Under the pieces are notes generated by a model that was not told the DNA's origin, did not search any database, and saw only the letters and a program-made list of their open reading frames with translations. A stretch of DNA of 64,000 nucleotides from positions 124,001 to 188,000 of the IMG/VR virus record IMGVR_UViG_3300024336_000005; one strand, 5' to 3'. The translations under genes and the position numbers were made by a program. This document shows, one piece after another, positions 44,226 through 54,116 of this stretch. Each line of letters starts with the position of its first letter. Positions within the stretch are counted from its first letter, which is position 1.

Positions 44226-45359
44226 TGCTTTAACAAAAGCCATAGTGTGGCCTATTCAATGCTTTCATATAGAACAGCTTATCTTAAGTGTCACTATCCT
44301 TCTGACTTCTATGCTGCAGAGCTTACGAGCCACGAAGGGGAAGTCAAGAAGCTTCTCCCAGCAATGGCAGATGCTCGAGCACACCACATGAAGATCAAGA
44401 CTCCTGATATTAATCTTAGTGAGGAGTGCTTTACGGCGACCGCCAGACATGAAATAAGGTTTGGACTTGCTGGAATTAAGGGGCTTGGGACAAAGGCTCT
44501 TCAGTCTATTATGAATGAAAGAGCCAATGGGAGTTTTGAGTCTATCACTGGCTTATGCAAGAGGCTCTCCTCTTCTGAGATTAAGTCGAATAATCTCACA
44601 GCCTTAGCAAGGTCTGGTGCATTTTCCCAAATAGAAACTGGAATGAACACAGCAGAGCTTGCAGAGTATGCCGTTAACACAGCGATTGCTCTTCGTAGCT
44701 ATCATAAAGATGAGAAGAAAGGCCAGGTGTCTATCTTTTCTGTTATGACTGAAGCTCCAGAAAATGAGATTAATGTTCAGAGACCGTCAATTCATTTGGA
44801 TGATGGAGATGAACTGGAGCTAGAGAAGGAAGCCTTGGGCTTTTATATCTCAGGATCTCCTCTGGATAAGTACAATACTATTAAGGAAAGATCCCATATA
44901 GATGAAATTGAAAGCTTAGAAGTTGATGGCATTTGGGTATCAGTTCTTGCCAGGATAACAGAGCTTAAGATTAGAAATGGAAAGAGGGGAAGCTTTGCAA
45001 TACTACAGCTAGAAGATACTAGCGGCAGCATTGGAGCTAAGATTTGGTCTAACAATATGGCTGAAGCTCGTCCATACTTAGAAGAAGGTAAGAGTGTTGT
45101 TGTCAGAGGAAAGACAAACTCCTACAAAGGACTTGAAATTGTTGTGGATTCTATTGTAGACGCTGAATCAGAAGTGAAAAGACTTTTGAAGAGAGTGGTC
45201 ATTCATAGACTTGATTCCACGATTTTAAATACACTCTTGCAATTGCCTGCAGGAAATGTTCCTATAGATCTTGAGCTTTCAAATGGCCAGATCAAACAAC
45301 GACTTGGATTTTTTGAAATCCAACCCCACATGCTGAGGGAACTGAATGAGATGGACTGA
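44121..45359 (+). CDS. dnaE: IntC plus the DnaE C-terminal part (HhH, OB fold)
   Basis: MKIVGK..ASN|CFNKSHSVAY, IRFGLAGIKG, EKEALGFYISG; GGAG upstream. Confidence 0.92.
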   Translation: MKIVGKQRIEDQSVYDIGVEKDHNFLLADGQVASNCFNKSHSVAYSMLSYRTAYLKCHYPSDFYAAELTSHEGEVKKLLPAMADARAHHMKIKTPDINLSEECFTATARHEIRFGLAGIKGLGTKALQSIMNERANGSFESITGLCKRLSSSEIKSNNLTALARSGAFSQIETGMNTAELAEYAVNTAIALRSYHKDEKKGQVSIFSVMTEAPENEINVQRPSIHLDDGDELELEKEALGFYISGSPLDKYNTIKERSHIDEIESLEVDGIWVSVLARITELKIRNGKRGSFAILQLEDTSGSIGAKIWSNNMAEARPYLEEGKSVVVRGKTNSYKGLEIVVDSIVDAESEVKRLLKRVVIHRLDSTILNTLLQLPAGNVPIDLELSNGQIKQRLGFFEIQPHMLRELNEMD

Positions 45360-46446
45360 AAAGAATAAGAAGCTTGCGGATAGGATTATAAAGAGGCTAG
45401 GAGCCACAGTGTCTCCTGCTGCTTTGTCTCATATCCTACAGAGGCACCTCAAGGTGCCTGTGACTACAGCTGAGGCTCGAGAGCTCCTTACCGAGCTCAG
45501 GCCTGCTGTGCCACAGACCTCTACCAAGCTATTGCCTGTACCAGTCAGGCGTCAGAATATAAAGGAACAGTGTAGAGTCCTCGTCAATGAAGTAAAGACT
45601 GAAATTGCCGCAGAGAAGGTCCTTGCAATTCCATCAGCTCTTACTGCAGAAGGAATCTCTCCCATCCTTTGCCTTTCTGACCTTCACTTTGGTGAAGTAA
45701 TAGAAGTGAATGGACTGCAAACTTTCAATGTAGAGATTGCGAAGGAGAGGTTTGACAGTGTCATCGACAAGGCAATTGAAACAAGAGAGCTTGACTGCTA
45801 TGAGGTAGATGAGTTCATTGTTCTCTTGGCCGGTGACATCATCGATGGAGAGCTCATCTACCCGGGTCATGCCTTCGAGACTGATGGAGATGCATACAAG
45901 CAGCTCCAGATTGCCATTAAGCATATCTGGAAGGGCCTTGTGCGCCTCTCAGAGGTGTTTGGAGTAGTCCGCGTTCACTGTGTTGCAGGGAACCACGGAC
46001 GAGCCTCACGCCTACACTCACAGATGTCTAACTGGGATAATGTTTTGTACTTATCCCTACAGCTAATGGCATCCATCCAGACCAAGTATGATATTGAAGT
46101 TCATGTCCCTCATCAGATGTGGACTGACTTCAACGTCAGAGACTGGAGGGTACACTCACGCCACATTGGTGTGACTCAGGCAGCTACTGCCGGGCCTGGC
46201 AGGAAGGTCATGACTTGGTTGGACCAGCATGATGCTCAGCTGTTCTTCTATGGTCACTATCACAACCCTGAAATGTATTCTAGTGGATACAGAAGGATCT
46301 TCAAGAACGGCTCACTCCCTCCTGCTAACGATTTTGCAGAGAGGCTAGGATTCCAAAGCTCTTGTGGACAGTGGCTCATTGGTGTAACTGATGCTGAAAG
46401 CGTAGCCTTCAGTAAGATTCTAATACCGGATATAATCGATGTCTAA
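45346..46446 (+). CDS. calcineurin-like metallophosphoesterase
   Basis: SDLHFG, GDIIDG, GNHG, GHYH. Confidence 0.88.
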   Translation: MRWTEKNKKLADRIIKRLGATVSPAALSHILQRHLKVPVTTAEARELLTELRPAVPQTSTKLLPVPVRRQNIKEQCRVLVNEVKTEIAAEKVLAIPSALTAEGISPILCLSDLHFGEVIEVNGLQTFNVEIAKERFDSVIDKAIETRELDCYEVDEFIVLLAGDIIDGELIYPGHAFETDGDAYKQLQIAIKHIWKGLVRLSEVFGVVRVHCVAGNHGRASRLHSQMSNWDNVLYLSLQLMASIQTKYDIEVHVPHQMWTDFNVRDWRVHSRHIGVTQAATAGPGRKVMTWLDQHDAQLFFYGHYHNPEMYSSGYRRIFKNGSLPPANDFAERLGFQSSCGQWLIGVTDAESVAFSKILIPDIIDV

Positions 46447-46654
46447 TTTCAAGAGAAAGATCAAGAGGGCCATGGCAAAGAGCAATGGCCTTCCAGTAGA
46501 TTTCTTCCTGCCTGGTGGACTAAAGAAGCGCCAGGCAATGCAAGAAAAGATCAAAGCATTAACAGAACAGATCAATCAGTCTAAGAAGGATGCGGAGTTG
46601 GATCCGATCCCTACATTTTTAGACGAGGATTTAAAAGATGGGGATGATAATTAA
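46439..46654 (+). CDS. hypothetical protein
   Basis: Overlapping ORF. Confidence 0.5.
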   Translation: MSNFKRKIKRAMAKSNGLPVDFFLPGGLKKRQAMQEKIKALTEQINQSKKDAELDPIPTFLDEDLKDGDDN

Positions 46655-46994
46655 GCCAAACACAGGAAAAGCTACAAAGCCTGCCCTTGACCCTAACATT
46701 TTGGGTCAGGTGAATGCCTTAATGAAGTGGGCGCAGATTACAGATGATAGGAATGCACTCTTTCAGGAGGCGCATATCCGTGCTGAGTCTACGTTCTTGC
46801 AGATGATGGCCTCGTTAGAGGCTCTGTGTAAAATTCTTATCGAGAAGGATATTGTGGATAGGGCTGAATATGATGCCCATCGACAGGACTATTTCGATAA
46901 GGTCGAACAGAGACGTAAGGCCGCAGAAGAAGAAATGGACAAAGCCGGCCCTCAGATTTGGGTGCCTGATAAGAAAATCGTACCAGCAAGGTAA
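46638..46994 (+). CDS. hypothetical protein
   Basis: 118 aa ORF. Confidence 0.6.
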   Translation: MGMIIKPNTGKATKPALDPNILGQVNALMKWAQITDDRNALFQEAHIRAESTFLQMMASLEALCKILIEKDIVDRAEYDAHRQDYFDKVEQRRKAAEEEMDKAGPQIWVPDKKIVPAR

Positions 46995-47001
46995 ATAAAA
47001 T

Positions 47002-49593
47002 ATGGATACAAATTCTGTGGCAACTGCGCTCGAGCAGGTCAGACCCTTCTTGTTTGACTATCTCGTAGCGGAAGGTGTGATCACTACTGACAACCCAGCT
47101 CGTAATGATCAGTTCATCTGTCCTAATCCCAACCATGAGGACACAGCTCCGTCTGCGAAAATCCTTAGAGGAGGAGTAAAGGCATTTTGTCATGGATGTA
47201 AGACTACCTTTGATTTGCTTCATGTAAATCATTGGATTAAGTCTGCTCCTATCTCTGGGTTCGGCTTCATCACAAACAACCTCATGCCATTGTGCGAGAG
47301 GTTTAAGGTTGATTTTGAACTTGGAGATTTGTCTGAAGAAGATAGGTTTAAGCTAGATTCCTTTCGTGTGATTCGCATGGCCTCTGATTATATGTCCGCT
47401 CAATTGTGGTCAGAAGAATTAAGAGACTATGTGGAAGCAAGAGGTGTTGACGTTGTGTCGGCGCAGGAGATGGGAATCAGTGTAATTCCGAACTACTCGA
47501 AGTTCTTTTCTCACCTTAGAACAGCCTTCTCAAACGTCTTCCTTAGGGAAGTTGGTTTGGCAAAGGAAGGGATGTTCTCCTCAAGCTCAATTATCTTTAC
47601 GATTAAGGATCATAACGGTACTCCCGTTGGATTCATAAGTAGAGACATGGAGCACGAGGCAAAGAAGGAGAGATGGAGAGCCGAGGGTAGCCGAGGGGCT
47701 CCTCCTCGTAAGTACGACTCGTCTCCCGAGAAGAATCGTATCTACTTCAAGAGGTCAGTTCTCTTTGGTTTCTCAGACGCTGTATCTAATGATTACAAGG
47801 ACTTATATGGCTTCGAAGGTCAGTTTGACTGGGCCATCGCTAAGAAGAATGGACTGGACAATAGCATTGCCCTTAGTGGTAGTTCTATAACACCAGACCA
47901 GATTTCACTTCTCCGTAAGTATGGCATCGAGTCTTTGACTCTTGTTATGGATGGAGATAGCGCGGGGGAGGAAGCGCTGGAGAAGCTGCTGCTTGGGGAT
48001 TCAAAAGATCCAGGCATGCTTGCTTCTGCTTCCTTCTTGAACGTCTACGTAATCACAATACCTTCTGGGTATGACCCCAATTCCTATATCGTTGAAAACG
48101 GAATGGAAGCCTTTAAGGGATTGGAAAGAGTTAGCTCTTTCCAATGGGCCTTAAATAGGCAGGACCCTTCCGTTGATCCACTTAAGGCTTGTGAAGCAGT
48201 GCTTCCATTCATCCTGGCGGAGGACAACTTCCTTCGCAGGGAGAGAATGGTTGACGGTCTATCAGAAGCAACCGGTCTCTCTACAGTTGCCATCAATGAT
48301 GAGTTGCACAGAAGAGAAGATGCTAATAAGCAGGTTGCAGAAAGAGAGATGCGTAACATTGCGGATGAAGCCTTAAGAGAGTTTCGATATGGAGATGGGG
48401 CGGGCACCCAGATTTTGAGGAATGCCTTAGACCGCATTGAAGCCATTGACAGCGTAACGGTTGATACGCTTAGTAGCGAAGAGACCATTGCAGCTCTTGA
48501 TGCGCAGATTCAAAAAGAGTTTGAACTTGAGGGGCCTCAAGGTCACAACTACGGGAAGTTAACTCACTTCACAGCAGACCTTAATGGTGAGTCCCAAGGT
48601 GTTGTCATCGCAGTTGGAGGCGTGCCTAATACGGGCAAGACCGCCCTTCAGTCCCAGTTCACCAAGGAGCTTCTGGATAACAATCCGAATCTCATTATCA
48701 TAGCCCAGACCATTGATGACACCCGTGCCCAATTCAACAGAAGGATGGCAATTCAATGGGCTCAGGAGATGGCGACTGAACAGGGGCTTAAGCTTGCTGA
48801 TGCCATCACACTGAATAAGATTGCTAGTCCTAAGTACTGGCTAAATGAATACCCTCGTGAGAATGAGGGACTTATGGAGTGTCGAGAGGAAGGGTATAAG
48901 AGGTTGAGGGAGTATCTTAAGGATGGGCGTTTGCACATCAAGGATACCACTCATGGGGCCACCCTGGTGATGCTCGAGAAGCTTGTGAAGAAGGTCTACA
49001 AGGACCATCCAGGTGCTGAGGTGGTTGTTATATTGGATAACTTCCATAAGGCACAGGACTTCTCAAATCTAGATGAGCGTTCAGCTGTGAAGAAGAAGTC
49101 CGCGTTCCTTAAGAGAAACATTGCACAGGCATATAACTGTAGTGCCATCTCTACATTTGAATACAAGAAGGTCGAGACTGGGAAGCGTCCGGTGAACAAC
49201 GACCTTCGCGATGCCGTTAACATTGAGTACGATATCAACTACCTAATAAACCTGTTCAGCCCATTGAAGGCTGCCCAGGATACAGGAGAGGAAGAGGCGT
49301 GCGAAATGTGGCATGGAGATGAGTTCAACAAGTTGCCTATCATTGAGGGAGATGTGGGGAAGAATAAGATTACTGACCTTAAGGGGCGCAGGTTCTTTGG
49401 CTTCTATCCGGCTCAATCAAGGTATGAATGCTATGCTTCTACCGATGTCTCTGCCATTGTTGCAAACAATAGGGGCAGCAAAGCCATTGAAGCTGGGCAT
49501 GAAGGCACCTGGAAGAACGGTAGGTACTTCCCAGCTGACGTAGATGTAGGTAAGACTCGACTGGTAAAGGCTAAGACTGAGGTGCCCTTCTAA
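47002..49593 (+). CDS. primase-helicase (Zn finger, TOPRIM, DnaB-like)
   Basis: CPNPNHED..FCHGC; EGQFD; MDGDSAG; GGVPNTGKT; ILDNFH; LRDAVNIEYD. Confidence 0.92.
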   Translation: MDTNSVATALEQVRPFLFDYLVAEGVITTDNPARNDQFICPNPNHEDTAPSAKILRGGVKAFCHGCKTTFDLLHVNHWIKSAPISGFGFITNNLMPLCERFKVDFELGDLSEEDRFKLDSFRVIRMASDYMSAQLWSEELRDYVEARGVDVVSAQEMGISVIPNYSKFFSHLRTAFSNVFLREVGLAKEGMFSSSSIIFTIKDHNGTPVGFISRDMEHEAKKERWRAEGSRGAPPRKYDSSPEKNRIYFKRSVLFGFSDAVSNDYKDLYGFEGQFDWAIAKKNGLDNSIALSGSSITPDQISLLRKYGIESLTLVMDGDSAGEEALEKLLLGDSKDPGMLASASFLNVYVITIPSGYDPNSYIVENGMEAFKGLERVSSFQWALNRQDPSVDPLKACEAVLPFILAEDNFLRRERMVDGLSEATGLSTVAINDELHRREDANKQVAEREMRNIADEALREFRYGDGAGTQILRNALDRIEAIDSVTVDTLSSEETIAALDAQIQKEFELEGPQGHNYGKLTHFTADLNGESQGVVIAVGGVPNTGKTALQSQFTKELLDNNPNLIIIAQTIDDTRAQFNRRMAIQWAQEMATEQGLKLADAITLNKIASPKYWLNEYPRENEGLMECREEGYKRLREYLKDGRLHIKDTTHGATLVMLEKLVKKVYKDHPGAEVVVILDNFHKAQDFSNLDERSAVKKKSAFLKRNIAQAYNCSAISTFEYKKVETGKRPVNNDLRDAVNIEYDINYLINLFSPLKAAQDTGEEEACEMWHGDEFNKLPIIEGDVGKNKITDLKGRRFFGFYPAQSRYECYASTDVSAIVANNRGSKAIEAGHEGTWKNGRYFPADVDVGKTRLVKAKTEVPF

Positions 49594-50531
49594 TGAAAAA
49601 TATACTTCCATGGGTTTTGATTGTTGTGCTAGCTGTAGCAGTAGGTCTTCAATGGATGCAGATGCGTGAGCTTACTTCATCCCTTAAGAAATCTGACTCG
49701 TTGATTGCCGAAAGATTAAATTCTTTCGACTCTAAGCTAGGTAGAGCTACTACAAAGATTGATGCTAATGGAAGTATGTTGGAGACATTGCGTAATGAAA
49801 TTCCTCAAGACGTTCGTGCAGAGATTGAAGAACTGGGCGTTCAGGTTGAGGCAATTGGAAGAGCCACAGTGGTTCATCGAAGTTCAGGTGGTGGGCAAGC
49901 AAGGAGAGTTGCGACACCGCCTCTTCATGAAGCACCCAGAGTTCTTGACAATGACCCTGTCGGACGGCGAGGTAAGAGTTCGAGCAATTCTGAAGTAATA
50001 GAGTTCCAAGATTGGAGACTCAAGGCAAGGTTAACAGATGGTACGTTTTTTACTTATGAGCTTCACCAGCAGTTTGATTTCCTCCTTGTGGAGGGATCAA
50101 GAGGAGAAGGTTCTCCAACATATATACGCATGTGGGAGAAAGACGAAGACGGTAATCGTATCGAGCCCGCTCTTGAAGTCAGCTCATTCGAAATTGTTCG
50201 GAGAGAGAAAGAATCAGGGGGATGGGAAATCCTGAACCCCAAGTTGGAGATTGCTCTTCATTCGTTTCTTAGAATTAGAGATGCAAGCCTTGGGCTTGCT
50301 CCAGAGATTGCATTATCAGTTGGATCATATGGTCTTACTGAGGACGACTTGACGTGGAGGTTGATGAGGGTTGGCGCGTTTGCCAATGAACAGACCATAG
50401 GCATTTCAATATGCCCTGGGTCCTACAACCTCGGCAAAGACCTTCCTCTTGTTTCAAACGTTTGGATTAGCCCATGCTATAGTTACTCCGGTGAACACTC
50501 CGCAGGACTAAGCGTAGGCGGGACTTTATAA
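49593..50531 (+). CDS. membrane-anchored protein (N-terminal TM, coiled coil, beta-rich C-terminus)
   Basis: LPWVLIVVLAVAVGL. Confidence 0.6.
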   Translation: MKNILPWVLIVVLAVAVGLQWMQMRELTSSLKKSDSLIAERLNSFDSKLGRATTKIDANGSMLETLRNEIPQDVRAEIEELGVQVEAIGRATVVHRSSGGGQARRVATPPLHEAPRVLDNDPVGRRGKSSSNSEVIEFQDWRLKARLTDGTFFTYELHQQFDFLLVEGSRGEGSPTYIRMWEKDEDGNRIEPALEVSSFEIVRREKESGGWEILNPKLEIALHSFLRIRDASLGLAPEIALSVGSYGLTEDDLTWRLMRVGAFANEQTIGISICPGSYNLGKDLPLVSNVWISPCYSYSGEHSAGLSVGGTL

Positions 50532-50668
50532 TGGAAAAGTACTCAGATATTTTTAGAGATGCTGCCCTTACTGCGGCCATAGATGTTCTTAAGGGGCTAA
50601 AGGATGCCAAAACAAAGGGCTATCCTTCTCCTAAGAAGCCGAAGAAGCCCAAGAGGCCGAAGAAGTGA
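50531..50668 (+). CDS. small basic protein with a PKKPKKPKRPKK tail
   Basis: TAATG coupling; 45 aa, below the track cutoff. Confidence 0.45.
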   Translation: MEKYSDIFRDAALTAAIDVLKGLKDAKTKGYPSPKKPKKPKRPKK

Positions 50669-50979
50669 ATTCTCTTCCTATGTTAACTGTTGATGGAACT
50701 GAGTATGAATCTGACAAGTGTTCCATCAAATATACAAGACGCTTTATTTATGTAGAGCTTTTCTTTGAAAATGAATTCCCAGGCTATGCCCAATTATTGG
50801 ATGCAGGATCGATTAGTCTCTTAGGATGGTTCTTTTCTAATCCATTGCAGAAGGGTTTTAACGAAGGTCGAAGATATCTTAAGTTTGAAACTATAGATGT
50901 TGTCCCTGGTGAATACCCTGGGGAAGAAGAGAGAAAATGGATCTCTTTTATTGGCTTAAATGATTCTGAGGAAATTTAA
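50665..50979 (+). CDS. hypothetical protein
   Basis: GTGA overlap. Confidence 0.5.
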   Translation: MNSLPMLTVDGTEYESDKCSIKYTRRFIYVELFFENEFPGYAQLLDAGSISLLGWFFSNPLQKGFNEGRRYLKFETIDVVPGEYPGEEERKWISFIGLNDSEEI

Positions 50980-51197
50980 TGATATATCAATTTGAGTGTG
51001 CAGTTTGCGAGAAGCCTCGTGAATTTAATATGGAGATGAAGGATGCTCCTAGAGTAGGAACTTCTAGTGGGCTCTCTCGTGAGGTTACCCCTGAGCAAGA
51101 CTTTCTGTGCGCTTGTGGCGCAAACAATTGGACTCGTGTCTGGCCCTCCAAGAATGGTGGCTTCCGCTGGAATATGAGAAGGACCTCTATAGTTTGA
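50979..51197 (+). CDS. FmdB-like zinc-ribbon protein
   Basis: YQFECAVC...CACG. Confidence 0.6.
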   Translation: MIYQFECAVCEKPREFNMEMKDAPRVGTSSGLSREVTPEQDFLCACGANNWTRVWPSKNGGFRWNMRRTSIV

Positions 51198-51712
51198 TGG
51201 AAGCTCTTATTATTCTAGGAGTCATTGTTGGAACAATCTTTTTCTCTTGGCTTTTCCTTAAGCCCAAGGATGATAAGGAGGGTGGCTTAGAGCTTGCTCA
51301 AGACCTTGAGCCCGTGCTCGCTGCTCTCCGCACGGTGTACCAGAAAGTAGCAGAAGACACAGCGTCTGTTACTGGACGCCTGACCACCCTAGAAGCGACT
51401 GTAAAGGCTACCCCTGGTAAGACCCTACAAACCATTCAGGGAAGCGTTAACAACACCACTGGGAAGCTTGGAGAGATGATACAGCTCCTTGAGCTGCAAG
51501 CCACCTATGATAGGCTTATGGTCATCGGAGATATTGTAGACTTCATTGGGATTAAGTTTGCCACTGAGACTGAGCCTGCGCATATCGACTTCATCGATAT
51601 TAAGACTGGAAAGAAGGCTGCTCTTAGCTCTGACCAGAGGAAGCTTAGGGATCTTATCAAAAACAATCCTGCTTGCATTACATTCAAGACGGTGAAAGTA
51701 CAAATTACATGA
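51197..51712 (+). CDS. Holliday junction resolvase-like PD-(D/E)xK nuclease with an N-terminal TM
   Basis: GKLGE, VDFI, FIDIKTG..LSSDQ. Confidence 0.75.
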   Translation: MEALIILGVIVGTIFFSWLFLKPKDDKEGGLELAQDLEPVLAALRTVYQKVAEDTASVTGRLTTLEATVKATPGKTLQTIQGSVNNTTGKLGEMIQLLELQATYDRLMVIGDIVDFIGIKFATETEPAHIDFIDIKTGKKAALSSDQRKLRDLIKNNPACITFKTVKVQIT

Positions 51713-51906
51713 GCTGGGAATATGATCACTACTCTCTTCGTGCTGCCGTAGAGCTGCTCGCAAAGTTAGCTAATGTAGATGAGTGTTGGCTTGATCATTA
51801 TGACTGGTGTCGGGCACATGGCCATCAGTCTCCATGTCCCAATAAAGAGGCCCTTGAGTTCGTCAAGAGGTTCAAGGAGCGTTACGAGATTGAAGGCAAC
51901 GACTGA
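51709..51906 (+). CDS. hypothetical protein
   Basis: ATGA-coupled. Confidence 0.45.
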   Translation: MSWEYDHYSLRAAVELLAKLANVDECWLDHYDWCRAHGHQSPCPNKEALEFVKRFKERYEIEGND

Positions 51907-52591
51907 AGATATTAGGAAGTACTCCTTCTGCCCGAAGTTCTTTGAACAGGGGGGAGAGTTTTCGGAGAGGCATCAAGGTGGAGTCGAGTTCACTCGGCTC
52001 CTTACTTACTTGTTTCGGCGCGACCTTGAGTTGGACGTGAAGCAAAACTTTGATTCCCTTACGAGCAGATGGAAGAAGATCTTCTTTCAGGCTCACTCAG
52101 AGGACAGCCTGGACGACCTTCGATTGTATAATCAATCATTGGTCGCCTTGCATAGATTCCATAAGTGGTATCTTAAGCAGCCAACTTCTGCTGTTGGTAT
52201 CAATCATGATTTGTCTAGCCTCGTCTATGGCCATGAGCTGTCCTCTAATGTGCCAGTCCTGCTGATGGAACCAGATAAGTCTGTGACTCTAATCTTGACT
52301 GAGCCTTTGGTGGATGCTTCTTTAGTTAGACTTGACCCTGCCATCAGATATGTTTCGATGGCGTTAGGGGAAGAGTTCCAAATTAAGAAGGTCTGCAATG
52401 TGGCGCTCATCGATTACAAGCTGTTCCACGCAGAGGAGTTTGAGCCAGACAACCGTTACTGGGAGTCTGCTATGCTAGACTATGTTGGCGTTATGCAATC
52501 TCTACAGCATTCTATTACGTATCCAAATACTAGTGGATGCAACACATGTTCTATTCGTATGACATGTGAAGTGATGAAAGGTAATGATTAG
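51779..52591 (+). CDS. PD-(D/E)xK-fold/AddB-like protein, probably degenerate
   Basis: YSFCP near the N-terminus; C-terminal CNTCSIRMTC. Confidence 0.5.
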   Translation: MSVGLIIMTGVGHMAISLHVPIKRPLSSSRGSRSVTRLKATTEDIRKYSFCPKFFEQGGEFSERHQGGVEFTRLLTYLFRRDLELDVKQNFDSLTSRWKKIFFQAHSEDSLDDLRLYNQSLVALHRFHKWYLKQPTSAVGINHDLSSLVYGHELSSNVPVLLMEPDKSVTLILTEPLVDASLVRLDPAIRYVSMALGEEFQIKKVCNVALIDYKLFHAEEFEPDNRYWESAMLDYVGVMQSLQHSITYPNTSGCNTCSIRMTCEVMKGND

Positions 52592-52901
52592 ACCCGTAAC
52601 GATTTCTCCCGGTGAGGGACTCTGGACCGAAGAGGAGATGTATGAACTTAAGGTCTACATCGAAGGAGTTCGGAACTTGACGTTCCGGAACTCCGCGCCG
52701 GGCGTAGCATTAGATGAGGAGAGCGATACAATTCATACAGGAACCAAAAGTATGATATGGAAACTTAAGAAGAAGGGGTCGTTGGACTTCACTCTTCTTA
52801 TCTTTGCTCATAATAAGGCTTACACCCCAACGTGGGAAATCCTACCTTCACCCTCAAGGCTTAGCGTGTGGACAAATGTCGAAAGGTGCAGAAAAGATTA
52901 A
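52584..52901 (+). CDS. hypothetical protein
   Basis: 105 aa ORF. Confidence 0.5.
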   Translation: MIRPVTISPGEGLWTEEEMYELKVYIEGVRNLTFRNSAPGVALDEESDTIHTGTKSMIWKLKKKGSLDFTLLIFAHNKAYTPTWEILPSPSRLSVWTNVERCRKD

Positions 52902-53340
52902 GGCCCTCTTGTTTGAACTCTATGGGAAAGCAACTCATATTGTAGAAGAACATCAAGTGGGCTATAAGCTCAGATTGGATTACTATATCCCTTCACTTGG
53001 ATTTGCAGTTGAGTATCATGGCCGCCAACATGAGGAGTTTGTTTCTCATTTTCATGGCGATGCTGAAGGCTTCGATGATGCAAAGAGAAGAGACAGAAAA
53101 AAGATTGAACTCTGCGCAGAGCAAAACATTGCTCTGGTTGTGGTTTGGTATCATGAGACTCTGACAGTAGAACTACTTAAGAGTAAGATCAATGAAGCGC
53201 TAGACTCGTTTGTTCCAGTGGAAGCTCCCCCTCCAAAGAGGGATGAGTATCGAGAGAGGCGCTTGGCTAAAGCCAAAGAAGCTCGAAAGGAGCAATACAA
53301 ATGGAAACGAGAAAGATTGAAACAGTTCCGGTCGAAATAA
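52876..53340 (+). CDS. DUF559/Vsr-like endonuclease
   Basis: LRLDYY..AVEYHGRQH..RDRKK. Confidence 0.75.
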   Translation: MSKGAEKIKALLFELYGKATHIVEEHQVGYKLRLDYYIPSLGFAVEYHGRQHEEFVSHFHGDAEGFDDAKRRDRKKIELCAEQNIALVVVWYHETLTVELLKSKINEALDSFVPVEAPPPKRDEYRERRLAKAKEARKEQYKWKRERLKQFRSK

Positions 53341-53558
53341 TGTTTACTGTCGCCGAGGGCATTAGCATGAGGAAGAGAAGTGCAGTCAATAAGATCTGCA
53401 TAGACTTTGGACTTGTTGAAGACAGGCTTCAGTTTAAGACCATTTATGGCAACCCAGCAGCCTGGGTTGCCGAGCTTAAGTGCAGTCTTGATCGCGCACT
53501 TAAGACTGATGAGTACACTCTTACTGCAGTCAAGTTTACTAGAGGTGAAGCGCTCTAA
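53301..53558 (+). CDS. hypothetical protein
   Basis: Short ORF. Confidence 0.45.
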   Translation: METRKIETVPVEIMFTVAEGISMRKRSAVNKICIDFGLVEDRLQFKTIYGNPAAWVAELKCSLDRALKTDEYTLTAVKFTRGEAL

Positions 53559-54058
53559 TGGGGGGGCTTAATGAAGGAATGCAGAAAGGAATAACCTTCT
53601 CTGTCAACGAGGCTCCTATGGCTCAACCACGCCCCAAGGCAAGACGCATTGGGGCTGGCATCCAAATCTATACACCCAACAATAAGAAGGTCAAGGACCA
53701 TAAGACTGCAATTGCTACCGCTTATGCAGAAGCTGCCGCCTTCGGGGGGTTCAATGAACTCCTTGAGGGGCCCCTTCGGGTTAGAATTGACTTCATTATG
53801 AAGCGCCCCGCCGATATGCTTTCTGTCTCTCCTGATGATCTTCCCCCTCATGTAAGAAAGCCTGATGTAGACAACTTGGCGAAAGCTGTCTTGGATGCTT
53901 TGTCTGGGGTTGCGTGGAAGGATGACTCTCAAGTTTGGGACCTTAGCATTCGTAAGTTCTATGAAGAGGTTGAGCTTGGAGGAAAGTCTGGACGAAAGAA
54001 GGTTTCCAAAGAGCCTCGTATTGAAATAGTCATAAACTTTCTTCAGCCAAAGACCTAG
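53558..54058 (+). CDS. rusA: RusA-family Holliday junction resolvase
   Basis: KPDVDNLAKAVLDAL..WKDDSQV. Confidence 0.92.
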   Translation: MGGLNEGMQKGITFSVNEAPMAQPRPKARRIGAGIQIYTPNNKKVKDHKTAIATAYAEAAAFGGFNELLEGPLRVRIDFIMKRPADMLSVSPDDLPPHVRKPDVDNLAKAVLDALSGVAWKDDSQVWDLSIRKFYEEVELGGKSGRKKVSKEPRIEIVINFLQPKT

Positions 54059-54084
54059 ACAAAAGTCAAATGATATCCTATAAT
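54056..54084 (+). promoter_or_regulatory. sigma70-like promoter
   Basis: TAGACA-N17-TATAAT upstream of the sigma factor gene. Confidence 0.7.
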
Positions 54085-54116
54085 TAGAATCCCTTGGTGC
54101 GGCTAAGGATGTAATT

